64,000 nucleotides of DNA from an archaeon GW2011_AR15 (GTDB lineage: Archaea > Nanobdellota > Nanobdellia > Woesearchaeales > GW2011-AR15): contig CP010425.1 in assembly GCA_000830295.1 (NCBI GenBank), positions 160,001 to 224,000 on the forward strand, given 5' to 3'. The stretch's first letter is position 1; each line of letters starts with the position of its first letter. A model generated the notes under the pieces. That model was given only the letters and a program-made list of their open reading frames with translations, had not been told where the DNA came from and made no database searches. Shown piece after piece: positions 35,312 through 46,076 of this stretch. A program made the position numbers and the translations under genes.

Positions 35312-35857
35312 TCACATTATATAGAAGGCAACGAATACAATCAGGGCCAGTACTGTGTTAATAATCAGCCAGTGGTATTCCCTTATATACGTGAAAGGTT
35401 CTTTTTCAACATATTTGTATGGATACAGTTTCCTTACAACTTTCCAGTCCAGGTTGAGAAGGAACGGGTTTTCTATTACTTTTGGATAAAAGAGCATGAG
35501 GTATGGGTGTGACGGCAGATCCAGCAAGATATGGGAGGTGAATCCTATTATGCATGATAACACTATCTTCATCAAGCTAAATTCCAGGCCAAACGCGGGG
35601 TAGATAAAATATGAAAGCATAAGCAGAAGAGGAAACAGAACAAGGTATATGCCTATTAAGGAGTGGAAGAACCCTGTCTTGAAGGCATTTATTGTCAACT
35701 CCTCTTTTTTGGAGCGCTTGACAACATCTTTCCCCATGATGAAAAAATAGTCCAGGTCAGGCAGGACACAGGCTGCCAAAAGTGCAATGAAATCAAGATT
35801 ATTAGGGAATAAGAAGTAGATAAGAGAGAGTGCAATATGCGCGAATACTGTCCCCAT
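35312..35857 (-). CDS. Membrane-bound metal-dependent hydrolase (YdjM-like)
   Basis: AH, LPDLD, FHS, SHILLD motifs. Confidence 0.8.
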   Translation of the reverse strand: MGTVFAHIALSLIYFLFPNNLDFIALLAACVLPDLDYFFIMGKDVVKRSKKEELTINAFKTGFFHSLIGIYLVLFPLLLMLSYFIYPAFGLEFSLMKIVLSCIIGFTSHILLDLPSHPYLMLFYPKVIENPFLLNLDWKVVRKLYPYKYVEKEPFTYIREYHWLIINTVLALIVFVAFYIM

Positions 35858-35860
35858 GTT

Positions 35861-36724
35861 CTAAATATGCTGCAGAGCTTCTATAAATGTTTTTCCAAAA
35901 TACCGGTCAATCAGTTCTTTTGTTATCCATATCCTTGGGGCATGGAAATTGTGCTCCAGCGGGAATTCCTTCACATTAGAAAACAGTCTCCTGTAGCCTC
36001 TCAGGGTCTTGTCATAGTTAATCTGAGGATCGTTTTTAGACATAATGAATATTGTTTCATAAGGATATCTTCTGGTTTTTTTGCCCAAATCATAATTCAG
36101 GGTGGTGTAAAGGCTGTACATTGTAGATGTAAAACAGAATGTCCTGAAATTTTTTACATACCTAACCATGTTTTCTCTATCCCTGAAATTCTCCCTTGGA
36201 GTTATCAGCCTCATATACCCCAGCAGAATCCTCTCGCTGTCAAAGATTTTATTACCTACCTTAGTGAGCCTTTTTGTTGATACAATCTTTATCAGCTTCC
36301 CTCCAACTTTGAGAAGCTTGGGGCTGAAATTTATGCAGCCGGAGCTATACCATGGAGCCATCAGAATAATTTTGTCAATTTTCTTCCTGTCAATCCTGGC
36401 CAGCAGGTTATATGCAATCGGCCCTCCCATGGATATGCCAAGGATGCTGAATTTCTCAAGTGCGAGCTTTTTTATCCAGGCAAATATGAATCTTGAATAA
36501 TCTTCAACTGTATAATTTTTTTTCAGGTGGTTCCTGTTCCCATATCCCGGCACATTCAGAAAATATACCCTAAATCTTTTTCCAAGGTATTTCATAAGCT
36601 CCTCGGATCTGTCAATGTCCATGCGCCATGCCGGCATCATAACAAGGTTCTTCCCTTTCCCGCATGCTGCATATTTTGTCTTTATACCATTTATCTCTAT
36701 ATTGAATACTTCTAGCCTTGGCAT
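35861..36724 (-). CDS. Alpha/beta hydrolase
   Basis: PGYG, GISMGG, D and H in C-terminal positions. Confidence 0.85.
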   Translation of the reverse strand: MPRLEVFNIEINGIKTKYAACGKGKNLVMMPAWRMDIDRSEELMKYLGKRFRVYFLNVPGYGNRNHLKKNYTVEDYSRFIFAWIKKLALEKFSILGISMGGPIAYNLLARIDRKKIDKIILMAPWYSSGCINFSPKLLKVGGKLIKIVSTKRLTKVGNKIFDSERILLGYMRLITPRENFRDRENMVRYVKNFRTFCFTSTMYSLYTTLNYDLGKKTRRYPYETIFIMSKNDPQINYDKTLRGYRRLFSNVKEFPLEHNFHAPRIWITKELIDRYFGKTFIEALQHI

Positions 36725-36765
36725 TGGGTCTACAGAATGAAAACGGATTTAAAATAATTGCTATG

Positions 36766-37887
36766 CTAAGCTTTTCCTGCAGCCCAGATGAACATACCTG
36801 CAGACCATGCAAAGGGCTGCTCTGACTTGTATAGCAGTTTCTGCACGGGCTTCCCGTTTCTCTCATAGCATTCATACACCCCGTTGTATTTCAGTATCTG
36901 CTCTGACATAAGCTCAATCTGCTTCTTCGCTTCTTTCTTTTTTCCAAGCTTATTCAGGGCTGCAACATATGCTGCAGCGGGCTGCCACCAGAGCATGCTC
37001 TTGTTCTGATAGTTCCCCATCCCTATAAGGTGCTGAAGCAAATCTATCCTCCAGAACGGATATGCCGGAGAGTTGGTCTCAAGAGTAAATGCTATCTTTA
37101 CTCTATTGCATTCCTCTATTATGGCTTCTGACTCCTGTCTGCTTGTAAATCCCCATGTGACTGCCAGCAGATTCCCATATGGATAAAAATAATCCTGCCT
37201 CTTGTAATCATTCCAGTCAGCAAAATATTTTCCGTTCCATAGCCTCCCCCTTATTGCTTTCGCGACATCTTCCTGCTTCTTTACCAGGCTTGCTCCCTGC
37301 TCTCCTCTCTTCTTAAGCAGTTTGTTAAACTGGTCAAGGCTGTACCAATAGATTATATTGGAATACAGAAGGTTGCCGAACTTATCTGCGCTGTCATTCC
37401 ATTCAGCCATTATCCCATCCCACAGCAGGCCATATTTCTCCTTCTTCTCAAGATAGGTAAATGCCTTTTTTGTCTGCTGTATGCGTTCTTTGCTTATTTT
37501 GCGGCCCATGAGTCCGAGCTTTGAAAGAAAAATTACTGCAAGGGTTGTTCCGTCAAAAACTTCCTGGTAAATATTCCTAAGCTTATATGTTGGCCTTGGG
37601 TATTCATATCTTTTTCTTTCTTTTCCAAGGTATTGCCCTAATGTTATAGGTGCATTCATCAGCCTGTAAGGTATAAGGCCCCTGCTGTTCTGATGGGAAT
37701 AGAACAAATCAACCATTTTTTCAGCAATTTTATAGTCGCCAAGTGCCAAAGCACCAAAACATGCGAAAAAGCCGTCCCTCCCCCAGTAATCGCTGAAGTG
37801 ATGCCTGCCTGCAACTATGCCATGTGTGTCATAGCATCCTCTCAATTCTCTTTTTGCTATTGCGTACGCTTTCTTTATTTTGTCCAT
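36766..37887 (-). CDS. Six-hairpin glycoside hydrolase (amylo-alpha-1,6-glucosidase/GH100-like)
   Basis: YWGRDG, EWND, LYSN, GNLLA, YQN, YECY, FAWSAG. Confidence 0.8.
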   Translation of the reverse strand: MDKIKKAYAIAKRELRGCYDTHGIVAGRHHFSDYWGRDGFFACFGALALGDYKIAEKMVDLFYSHQNSRGLIPYRLMNAPITLGQYLGKERKRYEYPRPTYKLRNIYQEVFDGTTLAVIFLSKLGLMGRKISKERIQQTKKAFTYLEKKEKYGLLWDGIMAEWNDSADKFGNLLYSNIIYWYSLDQFNKLLKKRGEQGASLVKKQEDVAKAIRGRLWNGKYFADWNDYKRQDYFYPYGNLLAVTWGFTSRQESEAIIEECNRVKIAFTLETNSPAYPFWRIDLLQHLIGMGNYQNKSMLWWQPAAAYVAALNKLGKKKEAKKQIELMSEQILKYNGVYECYERNGKPVQKLLYKSEQPFAWSAGMFIWAAGKA

Positions 37888-37922
37888 TCTCTGCAAGTTA
37901 AGTTAAAAAATTAAAAATATTT

Positions 37923-40316
37923 CTATTTCTTTTCAGTCTCTATAACATTAAGAAGTGTCCTGGTGACTGCATCAGGGGTCACAGACAGAGATTCTATCCC
38001 GGCTTTAACAAGGAACTCTGCATATTCTGGGATTGAGGAAGGCGCATCGCCGCAGAACCCCATGTGCTTCTTCTTTTTCTTGGCTGTCTTTATGACCTGC
38101 TCAATAAGCACCCTCACTGCTTTATTCCTCTCATCATAAATATGTGAGACAAGCTCGGAATCCCTGTCCAGGCCGAGTGTCAGCTGCGTGAGATCGTTGC
38201 TCCCTATTGAGAAGCCGTCAAATATATCCAGGAACTCTTCTGCAAGGATAACGTTGCTTGGGATCTCGCACATGACATAGACCTTCAGCTTGTTTTTTCC
38301 CTGCTTAAGTCCGTTCTTAGCCATTACATCAAGCACCTTTTTCCCTTCTTCAACAGTCCTGCAGAAAGGAATCATCACTATAACATTCGTGAGGCCCATC
38401 TCATTCCTTACTTTCTTTATTGCCTCGCACTCGAGCCCGAATGCTTCTTTATACTTTTCATCATAATACCTTGAGGCGCCCCTCCATCCTATCATGGGAT
38501 TGTCCTCAACAGGCTCAAACTCCTTCCCTCCTATGAGGTTGGCATACTCGTTGCTTTTGAAATCTGATAAACGCACGACAACATCTTCAGGATAAAACGC
38601 CGCTGCTATCTTTGCTATGCCGTATGACAGCTTGTCAACAAAGAAGTTTCCCTTATCCTTGTAGCCAAAGGTCAGCTTATTTATAATCTCTTTAACATGG
38701 CTGTTTGTTATTTTTTCATAATGGAGAAGCGCAAGAGGGTGTATCTTGATGTATGAATTTATTATGAATTCTTCTCTCGCAAGCCCCACTCCTCTGCATG
38801 GCAGGTGGCTCAACTGGAATGCCTCTTCCGGATTGCCGAGGTTCATCATTACTTTTGTTCTTGTTTTTGCAAGCTTCTTGACATCCTGCTTCACTACTTC
38901 AAATTTGAGGAATCCTTCATACACGTTTCCTTCGCTGCCGTCGCTGCAGTCAACAGTGATATCCTGGTTGTTCTTTATTTCATGGCTTCCTGTCAGGGTG
39001 CCGACAACACAAGGAATCCCGAGCTCTCTTGAGACAATTGCCGCATGGCATGTCCTTCCGCCTTTGTCTGTGACAATTGCTGCCGCGTGCTTCATTATAG
39101 GCTCCCAGTCAGGGTCTGTCATCTCTGTCACAAGCACTTCCCCTTTCCTGAACTGGTTTATGTCCCTGACATTCTTTATAACGTGCGCATGCCCCTGGCC
39201 TATTTTGTCTCCAACAGATCTTCCCGAAACAATTATCTTCCCTTTTTGCTTCAGGACATATTTCTCAATAACGTTATGCTGCTTCTGGCTCTGGACTGTC
39301 TCCGGCCTTGCCTGCACAATATAGAGCTTCCCTGATATCCCGTCCTTTGCCCATTCCATGTCCATGGGCTTGTAATGCCCTGCTTTTTTTGAATAGTGGT
39401 CCTCGATTATGCACGCCCATTCCGCCAGCTTCAGTATCTCTTTATCATCAAGAACAAACTTATGCTGCTCTTTTTCAGGGACAGGAATGTTTTTTACTGG
39501 TGTTTTTGAACCAGAGGTATATATCATCCTGACTTTCTTGGAGCCAAGCTCCTTGCTTATTAGAGGGTTTTTTGCCTTCTTCATCGTGGGCTTGAAAACA
39601 TAATATTCATCGGGGTTGACTGCTCCCTGAACGACATTTTCCCCGAGCCCGTATGCCCCTGTTATGAAAACAACCTCCTTGAATCCTGATTCTGTATCTA
39701 TTGAGAACATAACTCCGCTTGAGGCCTTGTCAGACCTCACCATCTTCTGGATTGCTACGCTCAGCCCGATTGAGAAATGGTCGAACCCCTTGTCTACCCT
39801 GTATGAAATTGCCCTGTCTGTGAACAGTGAGGCAAAGCATTTCATGCATGCCTCTATCAGGGATATCGGGCCCCTTATATTCAGAAAAGTCTCCTGCTGG
39901 CCTGCAAAGCTTGCATCCGGCAGGTCTTCTGCTGTTGCGCTGCTCCTCACAGCCACATCAACTGCCGGCGAGTTATATTCTTTGGATAGCTTTTTGTAGT
40001 TCTCAATAATCTCTTTCTGCAAATCAATAGGTATGTGGGCTTCCCTTATCAGCTTCCTCACCTTGCTTCCCCTTTCTGCAAGATTGACAACATCTTTTGT
40101 GTCAAGGTCTGAAAGAATCTCTTTTATCCTGTATCTTATGCCTGCCTTTTCAAGGATATGAAAATATGCTTCTGCTGTAACTGCAAACCCGTTCGGGATA
40201 TTGACGCCCTTTCCTGTAAGGTTCCTGTACATCTCCCCAAGCGATGCATTCTTCCCACCGACTTTAGGGACGTCTTTTATAGTAACCTCATCAAACCACA
40301 GAACATATCTGGCCAT
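37923..40316 (-). CDS. ppsA: Phosphoenolpyruvate synthase
   Basis: GGKNASLGEM, VAVRSSATAEDLPDASFAGQQ, QARPET, GGRTCHAAIVSRELG, SIGSNDLTQ. Confidence 0.97.
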   Translation of the reverse strand: MARYVLWFDEVTIKDVPKVGGKNASLGEMYRNLTGKGVNIPNGFAVTAEAYFHILEKAGIRYRIKEILSDLDTKDVVNLAERGSKVRKLIREAHIPIDLQKEIIENYKKLSKEYNSPAVDVAVRSSATAEDLPDASFAGQQETFLNIRGPISLIEACMKCFASLFTDRAISYRVDKGFDHFSIGLSVAIQKMVRSDKASSGVMFSIDTESGFKEVVFITGAYGLGENVVQGAVNPDEYYVFKPTMKKAKNPLISKELGSKKVRMIYTSGSKTPVKNIPVPEKEQHKFVLDDKEILKLAEWACIIEDHYSKKAGHYKPMDMEWAKDGISGKLYIVQARPETVQSQKQHNVIEKYVLKQKGKIIVSGRSVGDKIGQGHAHVIKNVRDINQFRKGEVLVTEMTDPDWEPIMKHAAAIVTDKGGRTCHAAIVSRELGIPCVVGTLTGSHEIKNNQDITVDCSDGSEGNVYEGFLKFEVVKQDVKKLAKTRTKVMMNLGNPEEAFQLSHLPCRGVGLAREEFIINSYIKIHPLALLHYEKITNSHVKEIINKLTFGYKDKGNFFVDKLSYGIAKIAAAFYPEDVVVRLSDFKSNEYANLIGGKEFEPVEDNPMIGWRGASRYYDEKYKEAFGLECEAIKKVRNEMGLTNVIVMIPFCRTVEEGKKVLDVMAKNGLKQGKNKLKVYVMCEIPSNVILAEEFLDIFDGFSIGSNDLTQLTLGLDRDSELVSHIYDERNKAVRVLIEQVIKTAKKKKKHMGFCGDAPSSIPEYAEFLVKAGIESLSVTPDAVTRTLLNVIETEKK

Positions 40317-40407
40317 CAATACACCTCTTTATTAAAAATAGAAACAGTACGGTTTATAAATTTGTTGTTCAGATAATTTTAAATATAAACATCTATGACT
40401 TTGGAGG

Positions 40408-41304
40408 ATGGATATTGTCAATACAAATGAGAAGCTCATTACAGGAACTCTTGTAGATGCAAAAGATATTGAGGTATCAGCAAAAGGAGAACCGCATAAG
40501 CATAGGGAGTTTATGCATAAAGCAATCCTGGAATTATTTCCTGATTATATAACTGCATCTATGAACCTTAAAGATGAACCCTTTTCTGAGTTGGTATCCT
40601 GGAATTTTGAGTATACTCAGGAATTGGGGACAAACGAGCCTACATATCATGCACATCTGGCATTAAGAGATGAGACCGGAAAGAACGGGCCTGGGATCAT
40701 CTACGGAAATAAAACTATTGAGGATTTGGTAAGAAATATAAAAAAAGCTGAAATACGGTCAAGGCTATTCCCAGAATCAACAGGTGTCTCTGACTATGCA
40801 CTAAAACAGGCATACCTTTTCAGCAATGCAAAATTTGTCGAGAGGACGTTTGAGTTTATGGCACTGTTATTGATGGAAGAAAAGCCTGACATAGAAAAAT
40901 CATTGTCCGATATTGCCTATTCTGACCCTAACTCCGGCCCCTGGGATTTTGATACTGGCCGCGGCCTGATGCCTGTCCTTTACAACCCGACCACTGAAAG
41001 AATAGGGAAAGCCACTGAAGTATTTAAAGAAGTCAACCAGGAATTAAACAGGAAAAGGGATGAATTTCTGTATGCTGCATTGCCTTTTAATGTTGCTCTA
41101 TATTCTGTTGTTGTCCCGGTAGCATATGTAAATAATCACTATGGGAAGGAAGCGCATATGATACCAAATGAGGCCAGAATAAGCATATTGCCTCATTCAT
41201 TTGAAATAGCTAAAAGGGCTTTTAATGACTATCTTTCTCATGTAAACAGGGAACCATTCATAAAGATGAAGGAATATACTTCCCCTCTCTCTCCTAACTA
41301 CTAA
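40408..41304 (+). CDS. Hypothetical protein
   Basis: 298-aa ORF with TATA box upstream. Confidence 0.7.
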   Translation: MDIVNTNEKLITGTLVDAKDIEVSAKGEPHKHREFMHKAILELFPDYITASMNLKDEPFSELVSWNFEYTQELGTNEPTYHAHLALRDETGKNGPGIIYGNKTIEDLVRNIKKAEIRSRLFPESTGVSDYALKQAYLFSNAKFVERTFEFMALLLMEEKPDIEKSLSDIAYSDPNSGPWDFDTGRGLMPVLYNPTTERIGKATEVFKEVNQELNRKRDEFLYAALPFNVALYSVVVPVAYVNNHYGKEAHMIPNEARISILPHSFEIAKRAFNDYLSHVNREPFIKMKEYTSPLSPNY

Positions 41305-41908
41305 TCCTCTGAAACCGCCAGCATCCGACTTCAATCCTGTGTATTTTTCTCGTATGGAATTCCTGAGTCTGCTTTAGCGGAAAATCAAACCTGAAAAAAT
41401 GGGTTATCCTGAATCCCTTGTCTCTGGAAAACTTCTCAACGAAATCTTTTGTCGAAATCTTGTGAAAGGAATAGACAACCTCCGCTATCTCAAATGCTTT
41501 TTCCAGAAATGCCTTATCTGCGTGTTCGCTTTTTACGCCAAAAGGCGGGTTTTGCAGAACAACATCAGCTTTCCCATGAAATCCTGAAATGTCATGATGA
41601 AGTATTTCATATCCGTCTTTAATCTCCATCAGGAGCAGGTTTTCTCTCAGCTGCTTCAGGGCTTTTTCATCAGCATCCACAAAAAAGACTTTTTCCGGAC
41701 TGAAAAAGAGTGCAGCAATTCCGAGAGTTCCAGTGCCGCAGCCCAGGTCAGCTATTGTCTTTCCTTCTATATCCCCGATATGGTATGCAAACCACACCAC
41801 TTCTGCAGCTATCTCCGAGTCTGTAGGGTATTGCTCAAGCCTCCATGACGGCTTCTGGAAGCTCTGCATCCTCGATAATGTAACTGCCAGCTCCTTCTTT
41901 GACTTCAT
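41294..41908 (-). CDS. METTL5-like N6-adenine methyltransferase
   Basis: LEQYPT, DLGCGTG, QNPPFG, HAD..FL, VYSFH. Confidence 0.92.
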   Translation of the reverse strand: MKSKKELAVTLSRMQSFQKPSWRLEQYPTDSEIAAEVVWFAYHIGDIEGKTIADLGCGTGTLGIAALFFSPEKVFFVDADEKALKQLRENLLLMEIKDGYEILHHDISGFHGKADVVLQNPPFGVKSEHADKAFLEKAFEIAEVVYSFHKISTKDFVEKFSRDKGFRITHFFRFDFPLKQTQEFHTRKIHRIEVGCWRFQRISS

Positions 41909-41975
41909 TATACCGCTGTCATAAAACGGCAATGTTTATAAATTTATGATATTATCCTGGCAGCAGGGTGATTTG

Positions 41976-42461
41976 GTGTCTGATAAAACAAAAGAAGACA
42001 GGCTGAAGGATGCCTTCAACAAGATAAAGGCTGAAATGACAGACCATCTCGAAGCCATAAACGAGAACACCAGTGAAATAAATTCTTCACTTGACTATAT
42101 AAAACAACTTGAGGCAATGATATCCAAGCTTGAAGAGCGGCTTGATGCTGCGGAGATGAAGCTCTCCAGGATGTCGGGAGAGAAGACCTTCACAAATGAG
42201 GAGTTCAGCACTGTGGTTCTCAACCCTAAAGAAAGGGAGATTTTCCTTATGCTCTATGAGAGCAAAGGGGACCTTCTTGACTATAAGAAAATAGCACGCC
42301 ATCTTGGACTTACTGAAGAAATTGTGAGAAGGCATACGGCCGGCATGATAGGGAAAGGCATTCCCATAATAAAGAAATACTTTGACAGCAAGGTCTATCT
42401 TGTCCTTGATGCTGATTTCAGGAATCTCCAGGCAAAAAGGAACGTGCTTAACCTGGGATAA
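41976..42461 (+). CDS. Coiled-coil plus HTH protein
   Basis: N-terminal heptads; LNPKEREIF...IARHLGLTE..VR.H...M..KGIPI; GGGTGAT RBS before GTG. Confidence 0.75.
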   Translation: MSDKTKEDRLKDAFNKIKAEMTDHLEAINENTSEINSSLDYIKQLEAMISKLEERLDAAEMKLSRMSGEKTFTNEEFSTVVLNPKEREIFLMLYESKGDLLDYKKIARHLGLTEEIVRRHTAGMIGKGIPIIKKYFDSKVYLVLDADFRNLQAKRNVLNLG

Positions 42462-42484
42462 AAAATAAAAAAATATCTAATGAC

Positions 42485-42688
42485 TTATTTCTTTTTGGTT
42501 GCTGCATAGTAGACCATATACAGTGCTGACAGGCCGACTAAGATGTAAACTACCTGCTGCAATAGTGGGACTGATCCAAAAATTAGGGCAACAAGGTCAA
42601 GACCAAAAAGGCCAACTAATCCCCAATTAAGCCCGCCCACAACTACAAGCACAAAAGCAGTCCAGTCAAGTGCGCTTTTTTCTGCCAT
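42485..42688 (-). CDS. DUF378 family membrane protein
   Basis: VGGLNWGLVGLFGLDLVA.IFG...VVYILVGLSALY; GGAGGTGA RBS. Confidence 0.92.
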   Translation of the reverse strand: MAEKSALDWTAFVLVVVGGLNWGLVGLFGLDLVALIFGSVPLLQQVVYILVGLSALYMVYYAATKKK

Positions 42689-42864
42689 TTTATCACCTCC
42701 CCATACCTTTTTGTAAGTTAAAAGCATAAGAATTCTTCAACCTGGTGAAAAACACCTGCGGCATAGCTATAATAGGGGTATCTACTTAATAAATCTTTTT
42801 GCTGGGCAGGATATGATTATCTCATCAGTAAAATTTATATACATTCCAAGTTATAGTTTTAGTC

Positions 42865-44991
42865 ATGGCATTATTTGGGCAGGAGGGGAGTTCTGATATA
42901 GGGTTCAGCAGGCAGATAGAGAGATTCAGGTCAGGCCTTAACAGCGCTGAAGACCTTGAGAAGGAATTTCACAGGCTGAGCAAGATAGTCAATTCTTTTC
43001 TTGCTGAGAAATACGGCGTGCATTACAAGTTTACATATGAAGACCTGAAATTTGAGCTCAGAGAAAAAGGATTCAGCGATGATATGTGGGCTAAAATTGG
43101 AGGGCTTTGCGACCTGATGGATAAGCTGGAATTCGAAAAGGATATGATAAGCAGGGAATCTCTTATGGATGCTGCTAAAAGGCTGGCCGGGCTGGTTATG
43201 TCAAAAGAGATTCCGGAAACAAAATTCAGTCCCGCTGATCTTCTTCCTGAGCCTCCACAGCTTGCTGAAGAAGTGCATAAGGCGCCCGCAATTGAAAAGG
43301 AAATGCCTGAACTCCCTAAATTTGAGCCGCCCCCGTTGAAGGAAAGGATAACAGGAGTAATAAAAAAACTGAAGAAAAACAGGAAAGAGCTGGATAAAGG
43401 CCTTGAAATGATAGAAAAGGAGAAAAAAATTGTTGGGCAAGAAAAGAAGCTTATAAAATCAGAATTAAAAGACCTGCCTGAATTCAAGCTTTTCAATAAG
43501 ACTCTTGAAGATGAAGTAAGAGAGCTTGAGACAAAAAAACAGATCCTGAAAAGGAAAGAGGAGTTTATCCTGAAGCATATTGAGGAGCTTACAGGGCTGC
43601 AGAAGCAGACTTCAGACCAAAGCAAACAGGTAAAGGAAGGGCATATATCATTGAACAAGAAAAAAGATTATGTTGAAACAAAAGAGAAGCTTATAGCAGG
43701 CATAAAAGAGGATCTTGAGGCAAAATACGCAGAGACTCTAGAGGAGATAGAGAAGATAAAGACAGAGCTGAAGGAGAAGAGAGCCAGTTTCACAAAGCTG
43801 CAAAAATTCTACAGAGAAAGAGAAAGCCGGCTTGCTATGGAGGAAGAGAACCTCCTGAATGAAAAGAGGAGATATGCCAAAACAATTTCCAGACTAATAA
43901 AAGAGCATCTTGAAATTGCGGCGGGAGACCTTCTCCTTACGCAGGCTAAGATAGAGGAGCTAAAGAAGAGATGCGATGAGGCTGATAGGAAAATCATGGA
44001 ATACAGTGACAAATACAGAAGCATGGCAAGAAGAAAAGCAGATCTTGAAGAGGCAACAGAAAAGAGGAAAAATTTTTTCATTTCTCTGGAAAAAGAAATG
44101 AGATCAAAAGATGCTGAATATGCTTCAATAAAAAAAGCAATTGATGACAGGAGAGACCAGCTGCTGAAACTTGAAAAGAAATTGAGCGTATTCGAGTCCG
44201 GGCTTGAGGAGCTGAAGAAAAGGTCAAAAAACAAGAAAGTGGAGCTTGATATGAGGGAGCTTGACCTTAAGGCGACAGAAAGCGAGATAGGAAGGATAAG
44301 GGCAGGAATACGGGCCAGCGAGCATTCTCTGGAAATCAAAGCAAGAGAGATGAAAAAGAGGAGTGACTCATTCGTGGAGATGGAAACAAAAATAAAGAAT
44401 GATATTGCGAGAGAGAAGCGAGCTGTTAGGAAAACGGAAGAGGAGCTTGAGAAACAGGGATATGCTGTTTCAAGAAAACTTAAAAAATTCGAGATAATGG
44501 AAAACTATTATGACAAGGCGGCCAAAGTCGCCCTCGAACGTCAAGATGACGCTCATGAAGAAGGCGGGAGGATAGAAAGGGAAATAAAAATCACCCACGA
44601 ATTCCCGAAAAGAGAGCTCGGAAGCCCTGATGTGCTGGATATACTTGAATCCCTAAAAAGGGCAAAATCACTTATCAGGAAAAACAGCATGGAAGAAGCC
44701 AGGGAGATCTATGTTGAGATACAGAAACTTTTTGACAGGCTGGATTACAGGGACAGAGACGAGCTGTACAGGAAAATGATACAGGTCTTCAATTCAACCT
44801 CTCCGCAGGATTTAAGCAGCGAGGATATAGATACCCTCATAGAAGAATTCAGGGATTCTGTCAGCAGAGGCGACATGAGGACAACTGCAGACATTTATCC
44901 CAAGATACAGTATAAGTATGCATCCCTGCCCCAGGAAGAGAAGGGAAAGTACTACAGCCAGATAATGGAGCTCCAGCAAAAAATCGCCTGA
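42865..44991 (+). CDS. Long coiled-coil protein, no ATPase motifs
   Basis: 708 aa, K/E-rich heptads, Pro-rich linker, two C-terminal helical repeats (Y..IQ..(F/Y)..L...(D/E)(R/K)...Y). Confidence 0.75.
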   Translation: MALFGQEGSSDIGFSRQIERFRSGLNSAEDLEKEFHRLSKIVNSFLAEKYGVHYKFTYEDLKFELREKGFSDDMWAKIGGLCDLMDKLEFEKDMISRESLMDAAKRLAGLVMSKEIPETKFSPADLLPEPPQLAEEVHKAPAIEKEMPELPKFEPPPLKERITGVIKKLKKNRKELDKGLEMIEKEKKIVGQEKKLIKSELKDLPEFKLFNKTLEDEVRELETKKQILKRKEEFILKHIEELTGLQKQTSDQSKQVKEGHISLNKKKDYVETKEKLIAGIKEDLEAKYAETLEEIEKIKTELKEKRASFTKLQKFYRERESRLAMEEENLLNEKRRYAKTISRLIKEHLEIAAGDLLLTQAKIEELKKRCDEADRKIMEYSDKYRSMARRKADLEEATEKRKNFFISLEKEMRSKDAEYASIKKAIDDRRDQLLKLEKKLSVFESGLEELKKRSKNKKVELDMRELDLKATESEIGRIRAGIRASEHSLEIKAREMKKRSDSFVEMETKIKNDIAREKRAVRKTEEELEKQGYAVSRKLKKFEIMENYYDKAAKVALERQDDAHEEGGRIEREIKITHEFPKRELGSPDVLDILESLKRAKSLIRKNSMEEAREIYVEIQKLFDRLDYRDRDELYRKMIQVFNSTSPQDLSSEDIDTLIEEFRDSVSRGDMRTTADIYPKIQYKYASLPQEEKGKYYSQIMELQQKIA

Positions 44992-45060
44992 TTCTATTAT
45001 AAAAGCAATAAGCATTTAAATAAGTATTTACTCTTGAGTGGCACCAATTGAGGTGGTTAC

Positions 45061-45900
45061 ATGCCAATAACACTTTATTTACCAACCGCAGCCCATAATT
45101 ATAGCATGAGGACTGAAGTAGATAGCCCAAGCGAATACGGGAGTGGACAAAAACTAATAATCGGGGCTGCAAGATTTGAGGAAGTAGAGCCTGAATACAG
45201 GGTAAAGGCAGATTTGAAGAAGTTCAAGCCTGATACAAGCGGGATTGAAGAATTGGCTACTAGGCTGGCAGCAAAAGCTAAGCCGTATGCAGAAGTTGCA
45301 GGATCTGCTCTGTCTGAGGCATATGGAGGCCTAAAAGAAGCAGCCGGGCATGCTGCATCAGAAATCAGAGGTAAGCTGGCATCAAGGAAACCTGAAAATG
45401 AGGATTTGTCTATGCTTGGAGAGCTTGCCAGCGTTGTCGGCAGAAGGACTTACAAAGGGGCTTCTGCAGGATTAAAATCACTTGGAGCAAAAATATCAGC
45501 CGGAGCCAAAACTCTCGCTGCCAAGGTTAATGAAGAAGTACTGCCTAAGGCTGCTGATGTTCTGAACAAAGAAGTAATACCCTATGCTCACGTCCTGTCA
45601 CAGGATGCTCTTGAAGCTGCAGGACATTTCCTTCAGCAGAATAAAGATTCACTGCCTGATCCTGTAAAGAGGATGGGCATTGTCAAAGAAGTTCTTGCAG
45701 GACTTGACGGAAGCGTAAGGCTGGTGCTTGAGCTTGGACCAGAAAGCGGGACAAGGCAGGTATACCGAGTTCCGGGACCGGATTACAGGGCTTTTTTCAG
45801 TGACATGAAAATAAAGGATCTAGAGGAGCTTACAGGCCTGCCTGTCAGAGGATACATGAAAAAAAGCAGCCTGAATGCAATATCCGCTTATCAGGAATAA
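45061..45900 (+). CDS. Hypothetical helical protein
   Basis: 279-aa ORF, GAGGTGG RBS. Confidence 0.65.
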   Translation: MPITLYLPTAAHNYSMRTEVDSPSEYGSGQKLIIGAARFEEVEPEYRVKADLKKFKPDTSGIEELATRLAAKAKPYAEVAGSALSEAYGGLKEAAGHAASEIRGKLASRKPENEDLSMLGELASVVGRRTYKGASAGLKSLGAKISAGAKTLAAKVNEEVLPKAADVLNKEVIPYAHVLSQDALEAAGHFLQQNKDSLPDPVKRMGIVKEVLAGLDGSVRLVLELGPESGTRQVYRVPGPDYRAFFSDMKIKDLEELTGLPVRGYMKKSSLNAISAYQE

Positions 45901-45931
45901 ATTTATTATTTTATTAATCTTTCAAATCAAT

Positions 45932-46045
45932 ATGGTAGAGCAAAGAGCAGACTGGATATTCTGGATATTGCTTTTCATATCAGTAGCAATGGTATTTTTC
46001 CTCATGGCTGCTCCGCCTGAGATAAGGGCTGCACTGCTGCAATAA
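45932..46045 (+). CDS. 37-aa single-TM micro-protein (not in ORF track)
   Basis: MVEQRADWIFWILLFISVAMVFFLMAAPPEIRAALLQ*; fills an intergenic gap after a TATA-like element. Confidence 0.55.
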   Translation: MVEQRADWIFWILLFISVAMVFFLMAAPPEIRAALLQ

Positions 46046-46076
46046 ATTTAAAAAGATATGATTTCTTTTTACCTGT

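Noticed and set aside
42865-44991. Possible SMC partner of ScpA
   Set aside because: No Walker A/B, signature motif or recognisable hinge
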